From assembly GCF_009914755.1 (NCBI RefSeq), contig NC_060934.1: DNA of 64,000 bases. One strand, given 5' to 3'. Source of the stretch: the human T2T-CHM13v2.0 reference genome, Homo sapiens. The notes below the pieces were generated by a model. The model saw nothing but the letters and a program-made list of their open reading frames with translations. It was not told the DNA's origin and did not search any database. Made by a program: the position numbers and the translations under genes. This document shows positions 12,644 through 26,232 of the stretch, one piece after another. Position 1 is the stretch's first letter; every line of letters starts with the position of its first letter.

Positions 12644-15600
12644 TTATTTCTTTCTCTCAATCCTCCTTCCTGTCTAATAGTTTTCTGGTTCCCTTCTCCT
12701 ACACCTAACCCAGAGTGTTTGTATTTATGTATACATTCTTTTTTACTCAGTTGTCATATAAACATGTTTCTTCTTTCCAAACTTACAACAAAAATTTTTA
12801 GGGTAAAGACCATGTCCTATGTATTTGCATTTATCACAACATATTACATAATACTGAACACCAAAGATGTGTTCAGAAAATATTAAACTAAATTTTAATA
12901 TCTGCATGGGGGTTACAAGCTTGACAGATTTATCTTAGACTTACTAGTAAGTATTAAGTTGCTTAAGAGTGCAGAATGTAACCTGAAGTTGTCTTTATCA
13001 TGCAGTAACAATCCATGAAATAGTGACTCTACAGCACTTTTCCTTATTTCCTCATTTCCACTGTATTTAATTCAAACCTCTTCTCCATATCCAATTTAAT
13101 TGAGAGTTAAACTGTGAAGACCTTCTGACACTTTATGCTAAGCAGCAAATGGCAGCAGAAAATGAAATAGTATCACAAAACTGAGGATTCAACGCTGGTC
13201 ACAATCAGTACCCATTTCCACTGCTGTAAAATACCCTTTGAGGTCTTGATTCAGTCTCTTGCCTCTCCTCTTTTTTTCATTAAAGGCATCTCTGAAAGTA
13301 AATAGGTTTCCTAATGCAGCCTATAGTTCTTCTGACCAAGGAAATTATAGAATTGAGTTATAAAGAAACCCAGTAGGAGTATTTAGCTACCAGTTAAGAC
13401 TCCAAATTATTCCTGATATTAGGCCGTCCTGGGACTCTCTCCCTTCAAAGGACCCTGACCTGGGACAAATCACTCAAAAGCAGCCTTGTGACTGATGTCA
13501 TTACTCCAGGGAATCAGAAACCACTATGAAGAAAGATACAGCAGATGATTCCTCCAAAAACTCAACTGGTATTTGAGGTACTGTTAAGAGCTACAATTCA
13601 AATCTGTCAAGCGGAACAAAAAACTTAATATGTTTATTTAATTATTGTATTAATAAAATATTAGTCTTCTATAACCTAAATCGTTTTCAGTGAACTAAAC
13701 ATTGAGCAGATTTTTCTTCTGGTTCCTTCAAGTGGAAATCAGAGCTTGTATTTTATAAGCATAACCCTTATTAGAACAGCCTAACAGAACCAATCCCTGT
13801 TATACATAGTTTTCAATACTGAGTAATTACATCCCTCAAAACAATACTCTTTCCCCAACATATAAGTTATTACATATTTTGGCCATCATGATCCATAAAA
13901 TCATTCTTTCTAAATTAATCACTAAATTTTTTTTATAAACGGTACCAATTTTGAAGAGCAGTATCTGAGGTATTCTATTACTTCTTCACAGCACATTAAT
14001 AAAATAAATTGCTTATCTTATTATGTTTATCTCCTTTCCCCTAAAAGTTGGTAACAGTCGTACTAAGCTTGAGGTATCATTTTCCCACTTATAAGTTTTA
14101 TTGGAAGACAATGAAATATTTGGAAAATAAAATGGTTATTTAACTTTTATAAAACTTAACTTTAAAAAACTTGCTAGAGTATCACAACTGCTAAGCTATG
14201 GTTCTTCAGAGTTCTGAGTGCTTGGCACAACTTCAAAGTTTCAAGGATAAATAAGGTTTTATCTTCAGAATCACATTCTAAAAGTATAAATTAATAATAA
14301 TGAAAATGAAAAATATCCACAAATGTTTTATTGAATTGTGTTTCATAATTTTAAAGAGTAATGAGATAAAACATTCAACCCTGAAATATGTGATTTGTGG
14401 CACTTTTCAACAGACTTTTTATTTGGATCTTTTTCATTCACGGTATTTTATGATTGATGAAGTAAAAACACAATGTGATAATAGTAGTATCTTCTTAACT
14501 TTTTATACGGGAGCTCTTATAATTAAAATATAAAAATTATCTTCACTAATACTAATATGTTAAGCTGAAAACAGTATTTTAAAAAACAATCCTATTGTAT
14601 AAATGTAAATTTTAATATGACTCCGTAATTAATTTAAACAATAAAGTGGTTTAAAATATGGAATAGTTTTTCCTGTTGAGCTGAGCAAACAGAAAGTAAG
14701 AACCTACGTAAAATGTGAGATAAAGGATCAAAAAATGCTTATCTGAAGATGTGACAAGTTTTTTAAACTACAAGAAAATTCTGAGGCTATGCTTCATCAA
14801 CAAATTAATCAAAGGTACCAGTATTTCCTTTATCTATCTCCTCATCCCCCACACCCATGAACTTTTCCATTATGGCCACCTACACATTGTTCCATGAGAT
14901 TACAAAACTGTAAAAGCTGTCAGTTACAGTGGAGCTCTCTTCTGCTACTTGGTCAACTCAGACTCACAAAGGTATTCTTAAAAATCAATTACAGGATATG
15001 TATTTCATTTTCATCCTACCCATATCAAGCCTTAGAATTTCATAAAATAATGAAAGGCCAGATAGCATTCACATAAAGAAGAAAGCACTATTAACATTAG
15101 TTTACTAGATTAGCGTTTCCGAACTTGTAGTCAATGTAGTAACATCTAGTCATTTTTTCTATATCCATGTTTCATTTATACTATTAATATTCTTCTTTAA
15201 ATTGACTTACTTTGGGGAAAAGACAAATTTTAAAAACTAAAGTATATGTAACAACTGACACCACATATTTGTCCACTAATTACGGCTATTTTCTAGAACA
15301 TTAAAATAATGCACCAATTAAAATTCAAATGTTTGCTCATATATCACTTAAAATTATCTCAAGCACCAATAGTGATATGCATATGGCCACTTTGAAACCT
15401 ACCACCTTAGATAAACTCAGCCCTGGTACACTTGTCTGGAAATGAGACGTCCAGCTAAATCCTAGGACATCTTATCACATGTTGCCTATATCTCAGTCAA
15501 TGAATGGCTCAATCATACACACCATTTACATAAGAGGATAAACTTGAATACTGAGTTACTTTTCTTTCTCTCAAAAAATGATTAAATATAAGACCAACTT

Positions 15601-15929
15601 TATGTAGAAAAATCAATATACTCAACACAACTAGATATAAGATGGCATTATTGGTATTGAAGAGAATTCTTATTTCCAAGAATAAGGAAAGGCCAATTTC
15701 AAGTTAACCCAAAAGATATTCTGAATAGCAACAATCAGTATCACATAGTGAAGACACCTGTACATCTTAGAAAACTTACACTACTCACAGTATTCACAGT
15801 GAATTCTGAAAAAATTATTCTACTTTGTAAAAGTAGAATAAAGATCTTAAAATAAATCTGCTGAAACCATCTCCAGATATTACTTCATCTACTATTTTTA
15901 AATAGAAATTCGGTGTCAAGGTTTATTAC

Positions 15930-16010
15930 CTTTGGCAATTCCCATTCTGACCGAGATCCGTCTGCACTGTAGTAATATTGTCTACCTTGATCATCAACAT
16001 GCTTGAGCCA
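15930..16010 (-). CDS. ARHGAP12: ARHGAP12 coding exon, 81 nt, WW domain (WLKHVDDQGRQYYYSADGSRSEWELPK)
   Basis: GTTTTTATAG|TGGCTC...CCAAAG|GTAATA; W-x21-W-x-x-P WW signature with YYY. Confidence 0.96.
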
Positions 16011-16101
16011 CTATAAAAACAGAACAGGTGTTTTTTATTAAATTTAAATAAAAGTGAGTTTAAGCTACTACTATCAGAGATACTAGATTTAATTCTTATG
16101 A

Positions 16102-16438
<337 letters not shown>

Positions 16439-17476
16439 GGCAACAAAAATTTCTAACTAATTATACTAAAAGCCTTGCATTTTAAGTTTGGTAAGAATAA
16501 ATATACTCATTATTAAACATGGCTTTATTTGCTCTCTCTATCCTCCAATGTCTGGCTAGCTGCTCAAGCACCACTTAACAACAAGCAACATATAACATAC
16601 GATGTACATATGCACTGGAACACAGGTACACTCACATTCTCAAAACAGGTTTGAGAAATTGACAAAAGAGAAATGTTTTTCAATTAAATGTACAACTAAA
16701 CTATTTAAAGGCTCATTTCATGCAAACCTTTAGGAATTACTTCCTATGGCCAAACACAATAAAATTTAAATAACAGCAACAACAGAACATCATGCAATAA
16801 AACACAGGGAATATGAGGGGAAAAAAGACTACATATTGCTAATACAAACACATGATCTTGAGTATGACATAAATGAAAAAACTGCTTCCGTATGTTCTAA
16901 TGTCAAATAATTGAGGCAGGAAAGAGGGATAAAAGCCTAGCCCCACTTATTCCCAAGCATATCTTCTCTGAACATGTACAACCCACAGTTGCTTTCTCAA
17001 ATGATACCAGATGCAATACACACATAAAATGTCAATATTCATTACAGACTAATCATAAAATACTAGATTGATGGTTTTTGTTTTACATAAATTTGATTGT
17101 AATAGAAAAAGGAGAATAGGCAGTGAGGCGATGTATGATAATGGCACAGAGAGAAAACCATTTCCAAAAAACTATTCCCTCAGAAAAATATAAAGAAATA
17201 TGCCTACTGAAGAAATCTAAACAAATGACATTCAACAGGTGTACTCTTAAAAAGTCTTCCATGAGTACAAGAGCATAAAAATTACTATCATCCTTAGCAG
17301 TTTAAAACAATCAGTAGTTACACTGAGTTTTCATATTGTCAATTGGCATGATTATAAAGTTACAATGAAGAATATTTTCATGAGTTTTTTCTTTTTTAAA
17401 TACTAAAACTGCAGTACACAACTATTTTATGAGAGAATTCTGCCAAAAAACACTAGATGAGAAAAAAAGAATGTAC

Positions 17477-17617
17477 CTTTTCATTAGTATAGTCACTGGT
17501 ATATAAGGTATGCCCACGTTCATCCAGCTCTTCTGACCAACCCCTTGGAGGAGAACCACACTGACTATCTGACTGGCTGTAAGAAGTGCTGTAGTAGTTT
17601 TCTTCCGATGAAAGAAG
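17477..17617 (-). CDS. ARHGAP12: ARHGAP12 coding exon, 141 nt (LLSSEENYYSTSYSQSDSQCGSPPRGWSEELDERGHTLYTSDYTNEK)
   Basis: ATTTGTAG|CTTCTT...GAAAAG|GTACAT; 47 open codons. Confidence 0.94.
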
Positions 17618-18169
17618 CTACAAATAGTCAGAAACATAAGGATTTTTCTTTTTTGAATATAAATATGAATTGGTTGAAAATCTAATAAATCAATTTTACT
17701 TGACTATAAGTATGAAGATATCTTAAATATATCTGAATATTTGATTTTGAAAATAAATTGATAAGTCTTTAAATGGTACATTGTAAGAGGTGAGGTAAAA
17801 TTAATAGTGGTTATTTTATCACATTAGTGCAGCCCTAGAAAAATTCACCACAATAAAACTGAAAACAATGTTTTCAGACCAAGGAGAGCTCGAATGTTAC
17901 TTAGTGCTGCTTTCGTGCTGAAATCAAGTTTAAAAATGAGAGGAATAGGTGTGTGTACACATATCTGTGTGTAAACAAGGGAGGAGACGAGGGAACTTCA
18001 TTAGACTGAGCTCCTTCTCATGTACCACAAGCATATAGCCACATGCAAGGCAAACAACCCTGCTCAATAAATATATCTCAGACTATTTTTCTATAATTTG
18101 TGTTATAATTTATTGATAAATTCTCCTAACTCATTCAGTCAAATGCTTGTTAAAGACTACTGGAAACTA

Positions 18170-18384
<215 letters not shown>

Positions 18385-18575
18385 AAAAGAAGAACAAGGA
18401 GGAGGAGGAGGAGGAGGAGCAGGAGGAGGATGGGGAGGAGGAGGGGAGGGGGAGGGGATAGGAGAGGGAAAGGGGAAGGGGGAGGAAAGGAGGGGGCGAA
18501 AAGGAGGGGAGGGGAGGGGAGGGGGAGGAAGGGAGGGGGAGAAGGGGAGGGGAAAGGGAGGGGGAGGAGAAAATA
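18385..18575 (+). repeat. G/A-rich low-complexity tract ((GGA)n and G3-G6 runs)
   Basis: Almost pure purine run visible directly; source of the spurious Gly/Pro-rich ORFs. Confidence 0.95.
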
Positions 18576-20244
18576 AGGTAATACGGGTACACATGATATG
18601 ATAAACTGCAGACACATGAGGGAAGCGAATTAGAAGACTGGGAAAATTTAGAAACTTTTGATGCCTACTGACAAGAGGCACCATAATATGACTAAATGGC
18701 AATTTGCTTTCTGCACTTAAAAGTCATTCATTTAAAAATCATTTATTAGGTTAGCACTCATGTGCAAATGACCCTTCCTATCACCTCTAGATAAAATAGT
18801 TTCGGCAAGTAAAACTTACTCATTCAGACTGTATTTTCTATCATCATAATTTGGTCTGAAACACTAAGATAGGTAGATTCTCAAGATTGTAGTTAAAGAC
18901 ACTAAGAGCCTAATATTAATATGTTCACAAAAACATAGCTTTACAGAAACACTGCATAAAGTGAATTATATATGTTTTACAACAGAAACATTTTTTAAAC
19001 ATTGAAAGCCTAATTCAAAAATCAGGAGTTTATTTTTATTTAATTGAGGCAACTTAAAATGCAAGCTCATAGACGAGAAGAGTGCAGTAAAACTTTTAGA
19101 AACAGAAAAAGGGCAACTGAATTAGTAAAATTAATTTAAGAAACAAAATCACAGAATCACTTTTTCAAAGATATGACTTTCTAGCTAACAAAATTCTCAT
19201 CATAATTTTCCAAATTTTGCACAGTAAATATGATGTTCTACCATGAAAAGTAACCTCCAATATCTTCATGTGTTTTATATTATACTACAGAACCAGGCTT
19301 TAAGATCTGGATATCTTCCACTGGAAAATAGTTGTTTAATGGCAGTTAAGTAAAAGTTAAAGTTAAGATTATTTTTGGCAAGCATTCTATAGATGTTAAC
19401 TATTCTATACCTAATAACTCCATTCAAAGGTGTAACCAATTCAGTAACTTTGGGATGTATTCTGCAGCAAATGTATCCTAGTACAAATATGAGGGGGCTA
19501 TGGTAGATGCTCCATTTATAGAAGAATGGCAGGTAGGTATCCCAATTGATCATCTTAACAGAAACAGTTGAAAATGTTACATAAAATTTTTTTTTAAATA
19601 ATCTATGAACAAAAGGTTAATTAAGAAATCCTCAGAGGTCAAAAGCTAAGTGGAAACAAGAATCAAGACAGTCAAGCAGAAGAAAAAAGAGCAGCTTTCT
19701 TCTTGAAGGCATTTGCCAGACCCCAAACTAAAATGTTAGTTTTCAAGACCACGCAGGAGTGTTAGAGAACTGAACTCAGGATTACCAAAAGCAGGAAGTC
19801 TAAAAGGCTATCCCACAATACAGAGCTGGAAACGCCAAAGAATTATACCCACAAATTATGGGTGAACCATTAACAAATTTTGCTCCTTTATTCCACACTA
19901 GGAACATCATAGAAATTTACCCCAATAATTGGGGAAAATAAGGGGACTTTCTAGCCACAAGAGTCTTCATGAAATCCAAATTACTATTAATACTACCTGG
20001 GTGGCTTGTAAAAACTAAAGCTAAAGATGTACTTTTAAATATTCATAGTTTCTCTAGGCATCCGTCAGAAGAGACTCACCTCTGAAGGAACCCACCTTCA
20101 ACCCCAGCAGTAAAGACTTCCTATTTATGAATTTCCAAGAACTATAACCTCACATTAAAACAGATACACTCTCAAAACACCCTGAGTAAGAGTCAGCAGA
20201 AAAACAGTATAATCAGACTCTCTAAAACTTTATACATAGAAACT

Positions 20245-20720
20245 AACAAAAAATAGAAAACAACACTAGAGATACAACAAATAAATGCAACATATAGTCT
20301 TCACTGGATCCTTCACTGCAGGAAAAAAAACTATAAAGAATATTACTTGACAACTGAGAAACAATGAATATTAGCCATGTATGAAATAACATACTAATAT
20401 TATATGTCTTGGGTATGATAAATGTATTGTGGTTTTGCTGGAACATGTCCTTATACTTAGGGAATAAAGCATTATCTGATTCAAATCATTCATCTGATTC
20501 AAATCATTCAAAATATTATCTGATTCAAATCATTCATACGCACACGTGTGTATGTGTTTGGGCAGGTGAAGGGAGAGAAAGAAATAAAGCAAACGTGGCA
20601 AAATTTTAACCATTGGTAAATCTAGATGAATGGTACATGGCATATAATGTTCACTTTACTGTTCTTTTAAATTTTTGAAGGTTTAAAACTTTTCAAAGTA
20701 GTGATATCGGGAAACTCCCC
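20245..20720 (+). mobile_element. L1MC4/5-like 3' end
   Basis: ataaatgcaac...ggatcct and aaagcaaacgtggcaaaattttaaccattggtaaatctagatgaa motifs. Confidence 0.6.
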
Positions 20721-20779
20721 TAAACAAATAAAAAAAAATACTTTTTTACAATTCAAGGATTGACTTAACATCAAATGAA

Positions 20780-21330
20780 GGCATAGACAAAGGGAAAAAT
20801 ACCAAATAGAAGCTGGATCTTGAAATACTGAAAATGAGGCACAGAGAGACATGGATGAACAGCGTGAGGTTAAACATTCATCTAATCAAGGTTCTAGAAT
20901 AAGAAGAAAGAGAATATGGGGGCGAGGCTATATTCAGATACAGCTAAGAATTTTCCAGAATTGATCAAAGACAGGACTCCTCAAATTCGGAAATCTCAAC
21001 AAAGCCCTCGCAGAAAATAAAAAACCTTTACCCAGCTACATCACAGTAAAAATATAGACACATGATCTTTAAAGCTGCCAACAAAAAGAGACAAACTACA
21101 CTTAAAGAAAAGACAATCAGATTGACATCTGAATTTTCAGCATCAACAATGGAAGCCGGAAAATATGAGAATAAAATCTTCAATGAACAAAGGAAAAACA
21201 AATAAGTAAACAGTCAGCTTAGAACTATATACCCATGTTCTTCAAAAGTAAAAGTAAAATAAATTTTCAGACAAAAACTAAGATTGTATTATTAACAGAT
21301 CCTCATGAAGGAATTTAAAAGCATGTACTT
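20780..21330 (+). mobile_element. Old L1M ORF1 fragment
   Basis: gaattttccagaattgatcaaagac and gaattttcagcatcaacaatggaagcc motifs. Confidence 0.55.
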
Positions 21331-21332
21331 AT

Positions 21333-21626
21333 GGCTGGCCACAGTGGCTCATGCCTGTAATCCCAGCACTTCAGGAGGCCAAGGTGGGAGGATCATTTGA
21401 GCCCAGGAGTTCAAGACCAGCCTGGTCTACACAGTGATACCCCATAGCTACAAAAAATTAAAAAATTAGCCAGGCATGGTAGTTCATGCTTGTAGTCCCA
21501 GCTACCTGGGAGTCTGAAGCAGGAGGATGGCTGAGTGCAGGAGTTTGAGACTGCAGTGAGAGCTATGACCACAGCACTGTACCCCAGCCTGGGCAACAGA
21601 GCAAAACCCTGTCTCCTGCCAAAAAA
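21333..21626 (+). mobile_element. AluJ
   Basis: Full dimer with J-type ttgagcccaggag and gtgagagctatg. Confidence 0.9.
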
Positions 21627-21846
21627 GGCTCATATTTATGACAGAAGAAGAAAATGTGAGAAAAGAAGGTGGTAAAAATCAGGATTAATTTTAAGAGTCA
21701 TGTACAACAACAACAAAGGGGCTAAAAATTGAAATACAACATATGACAGCAGCAGCACAACAGCACACATAGATCCTATATGGCTTCAAGGAACAAGAAG
21801 ACAGTGATTAACTTTACACTATGCATAGACTAACTACGCATGCTAA

Positions 21847-21970
21847 AGCTGGGCATGGTGGCCCATACTTGTAGTCCCAGCTACTGGGGAAGTTGAGGCA
21901 AAAGGGCTGCTTGAGCCCAGGAGTTTGAGCGTTGAGTCTATCCTGGGCAACATAACAAGATCCTGTCTCG
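21847..21970 (+). mobile_element. FLAM_A-like monomer (tail missing)
   Basis: gctgggcatggtggccc...ctgggcaacataacaagatcctgtctc. Confidence 0.75.
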
Positions 21971-22095
21971 GCGGCATCTCTGGCCTCTACCCACTAGAGA
22001 TCAGTAGCACGTCTCCCATTGTGACAACCAAAACAAGTCTTCGGACTTTACCAAATGTCCCTGAAAGGCGAAATCAGCCCTACTACGAATGATTG
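21971..22095. mobile_element. MER20 (hAT-Charlie) half element
   Basis: gcatctctggcctctacccactaga...gtgacaaccaaaa...ccaaatgtccc. Confidence 0.75.
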
Positions 22096-23205
22096 TTCTA
22101 GGGTAACCACTAAAATAATAAGCTTCTGTGTTAAGACAGAAGAGCCAACAGTTGCTCCCTCTCAAACCCCACTAAAATCACAACAGCGAAATGTGCTTAA
22201 AATGATGTAAACCCACAACAACAGGGAGGACAACAGTCAAGCAGATGAACAAAAAACCTGAATTACCTACACGGAAGAAAGTAGAATCTAAACCAGTATG
22301 GTGCAGACAAAGGAGAGTAGGGGAAAATAAACCCGACAAGCTTACGGAACAGAATCTGCAACTGGCTCAGCAACTGACGGTATCAGGTATCTGTGAAACT
22401 GGGGAGAAAGCAGTGGTACTAAAATAAGGATTAAAAATGCCAGAATCTCCTTCTACATACCTGGCTGCTAGGTGTGCAGCCCATCCCTACCCCAGCAGAC
22501 ATATGGAGAGTTATTCCCTCTGAGAAGGGAAAAATACTAAGATTCTGAGTTGGGGGACAATAGACACAATAGGAACATGGGTACCAAGAGAAAGAAGGGA
22601 GACTGAGGGACCACATGCAAAATGAATGCCAACACCAAGACACAGACAGCCCTTACCGTGTATAGGCAAGAGACCTAAAGACATCTGTGGACATTCTAAT
22701 TAGTCCAAAAGGAAAGACCTAATGGGTCTAACACTGGGGATTCCCCAAAGAGGGGCTGACCCAGATATCCATTAAAGTTCAAAATGCCTCACAATTGTGA
22801 GAGAAAATAATTTCCATCCTAGAATTCTATACCCAGGAATACTATCAATTAAATATGAGAGGAGAAGACAGATATTTTCATACACACAGTTTCCATTTTA
22901 CCTCCCATACACAACTTTTCTCAAGAAGTCGCTGGAAGATGTGCTCCAGCCACTTTGGAAATATTAATCTTCATATAATTTGTATAGAGACCAGTAATTG
23001 AGACCCTGTATACAAGTCACTCCCATCTATTTACTAAAATAGCTAAGAAACATGTTAAAAGTTCCTATGTATACTTTAAATTCTTTTAGTCTATAATTTA
23101 GTCTTTTTCCTAATTCTCTAAAATTGTTAAATTTTACTTTATTATTGATACACTGGATAGCTTATTTTCAAATCTTTCTAATGTACAATTCAAATAAAAT
23201 TTTCC

Positions 23206-23478
<273 letters not shown>

Positions 23479-24205
23479 AAATTTTCCTTTCTTGTTATAG
23501 TTAAACATGAACAATTTTTCTATTTTTGCTCTCACTTGAACACTAAAAACACAAATTATTACCAAACTAAAGCTATAAATAAACCAACTGAAAAATGGGA
23601 CAAGAAGGGAGTTATTAACTACAAAAAGCTTTTGGGAGTCTGCTAAATACAAGATGTGTTCCCTGATTTTTCTAGATCCTATCTACCTGAAGTTTGCTTT
23701 TATTTGTACGAGCTAGCTGCTTTCTATAACAGCCGGATGTCCTATGCAGGTGGAGGGACTCCAACCTACCAAATGGCAGGATTTCACTCTATTCTACCAA
23801 TCCTACCAAGTTACTCCTGTACGTTTAAATAATCCCAAGGCCTCTTGCCAGACTACTGAGATAAGTGTTTCTAAAACACAGCTGGCCAATTTACTGCACC
23901 ATCCTGCAAGAGGTATGGAGGAAGGTGAAACCAGAAGGAGAAAAAGAGTACAGACACTTGTTAGAGAAAATAATGATTTTAAAGTGAATTGTTAGACTTA
24001 ACAGAATGATTCAATTGTAGCAAAGGAATTATAATTATTTCCCTCATATATAAATAAAACAATGGTCTTGTACCGCTGACTGACAAAGAGAAAAAATGGG
24101 AAGTAGTCTGGTAGCCATACTAAGCCAATAGAGAAATATATTATTTCTATTTATTTTGCTGGGTCACATCACATTTCTATTTTTTTCTAAAAAATGTCAC
24201 TGGAC

Positions 24206-24470
24206 AGCCAGGTGCAGTAGCTCACGCCTGTAATCCTAGCACTTTGGGAGGCTGAGACAGGGGGACTGCTTGAAGTCAGGCGGCAAGACCCCATCTCTAC
24301 AAATAAAATTTTTAAAAATCAGCCAGTGACATGTGCCTGTAGTCCCAGCTACTAGTGAGGCTAAGGTGGGAGGATCGCTTAAGCCCAAGAGTTTGAGGCT
24401 ACAGTGAGATATCATTGCACCAGGGCTCTCCAGCCTGGGCAACAGAGCTAGACTCCATCTCTTAAAAAAC
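24206..24470 (+). mobile_element. AluJ with internal deletion
   Basis: Alu dimer motifs, diverged. Confidence 0.85.
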
Positions 24471-24801
24471 TGAATTAAATTTAACTTAAAATATCATCGG
24501 CTTGTGCAGTAACAACTGAAATAGTATGTTCTAAGACATAAGGGGGTGCACTGGCACTAGACAACTTAAACCCAGTTCTGGAACTAGTACGCACACAGGT
24601 TAGCAGCTGTCCATTAGTCAGAGATTAGGAAGTAGCTAGCATTAATATTTTAGTAAAGCTTGGAAAGAATTTTTAATGATCTTAGAGATCACGTGTTTTA
24701 ACATGCTGACAGTAAGAAACAAAACTATTTACTTCTTTGGTTTCTGAATAATGAAAAGAGAAAATCTGGTAACTTGCAGTTGATTCCTTAATTACTCATA
24801 C

Positions 24802-25065
24802 CTCTTGATCCCCTGGATTTTGGAAATCTCCTTTGCTGATGCTTGCATCCCGAGTCCAACGAGGAGGTTTCCAAGTTCTTTCCTGTGTCCCTCTGTTATA
24901 GTAATAGCAACGCCCTGAGCTGTCTTTATGAGTTTCCCATTCTCCATTAATCTGAATTGCCGGGCTCCCAGGAAGTGGGGGAAGAGCAGACTGGGATATT
25001 TTCAGTTCTTGAAGGTTAGCATAGACAGGAGAATCTGGCCTTCCTTGATTTGGAGGTGTGGTTGC
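24802..25065 (-). CDS. ARHGAP12: ARHGAP12 coding exon, 264 nt, first WW domain (ATTPPNQGRPDSPVYANL...WETHKDSSGRCYYYNRGTQERTWKPP...GDQE)
   Basis: ORF track 24796..25080; TTTCACAG|GCAACC...CAAGAG|GTATGA; 88 codons; canonical WW motif. Confidence 0.97.
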
Positions 25066-25299
25066 CTGTGAAATAAACATTTTTAAATTTCATGTTTAAA
25101 CTGGTATAACATTTAAGTCAAAATTAAATGAAACAGGAGATTTATAAACAATACTAACTCATTTTAAAACATATATACAGGTGAATATATTCTGAGGAAA
25201 TAATAATTTAACAGTTTTAATATTCATAGTTTCATTGAAAAATAAATAAAAGCTTCAAACCAAATCCAAAGTATGCATAATACTTTCCTTTACCTGAAA

Positions 25300-25475
25300 C
25301 AGTGTGATGGACAGCCAAGAGCTGTGGGTTCTAATTCAAGATCTGGCACTAACAAGTTGTATGATATTGGGTAACATCACTTTACTTCTTTGAAAGTGAA
25401 ATTTTTTATCTCAAGAAATGAGGGAATTGGACTAAACCACCAAGGTCTTTTTTGGCTCTCAAATTCTATGATTTT
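25300..25475 (+). mobile_element. MIR-family SINE
   Basis: gggttctaattc...ctggcactaac...ttgggtaacatcactt...aaatgagggaattggacta...ttctatgatt. Confidence 0.6.
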
Positions 25476-25973
25476 AGGCAATACTTTAAAATATAAAAAG
25501 TTTTACATATGAGTAGCACAGCTTTTATTATGAAAATTATCAAAAGAAAGATTTCATATTCTAAGCTCTAACATTAAATCAGGAACATAAGTGAAACATA
25601 AAAGAGGAATAATACTTAAGCTAAGAATTTACTACATTCTATTCCTTCTCAGGTATAATTTCTCAGAGGCTATAAACAAATCATTTAATCTCTTCCTAGC
25701 TTCCTTATTTGTGAATTTCCTAACAGTAGAAAAGTAAGAATTAGTAGTAACTCTGATTTACATGTTTAATGTTTAGCTACAGCTTTATTTTTTATTTTTA
25801 AATATCTCACTAGATGTCAGTCAAGAGCAAGCTACTTCATACCCTTTGTATAAGGGCACTGTAAATTGTATTAGGTTACACAGAACTTCAGTTGCTGAAG
25901 AAAAAAAACACACGTCTGAGAACACCTGCTTATGTTATGTATTTGTATTTCTGTATATATTTTCCTTTTACAG

Positions 25974-26111
25974 CAAGATTTCTTAACCCTAGCACCACTG
26001 ACATTTTGAGACACAAAGTTATTTGTTGTAAGGGCTATCCTCTGCACTGTGGGATGTTTATCAGCTTCCCTGACCTCTAACCACCAGATGACAGTGGCGC
26101 ATGCACACACA

Positions 26112-26150
<39 letters not shown>

Positions 26151-26232
26151 CTCCGACGTGACAACTGAAAAGCCTCCAGACACTGATGAATGTCCCTTGG
26201 GGGCAAAACTGGCCCTAGTTGAGGAACCACTG
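25974..26232. mobile_element. MER20 containing a (CA)n expansion
   Basis: caccactgacatttt...ctgcactgtgggatgtt...tgtcccttgggggcaaaact...gaggaaccactg. Confidence 0.85.
26104..26148 (+). repeat. (CA)n microsatellite, about 22 units with one interruption
   Basis: Directly visible. Confidence 0.97.

Noticed and set aside
13380-13520. Possible enhancer (TTCAAAG TCF-like and TGATGTCA CRE-like motifs)
   Set aside because: Short motifs are expected by chance; no chromatin or conservation data available
20474-20535. Repeat-spacer pattern resembling a CRISPR array
   Set aside because: Eukaryotic intron, spacers of 0 and 8 nt, no cas genes; simple slippage duplication
21960-21980. Direct FLAM-MER20 fusion
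   Set aside because: Most simply an old deletion removing the FLAM tail and half of MER20
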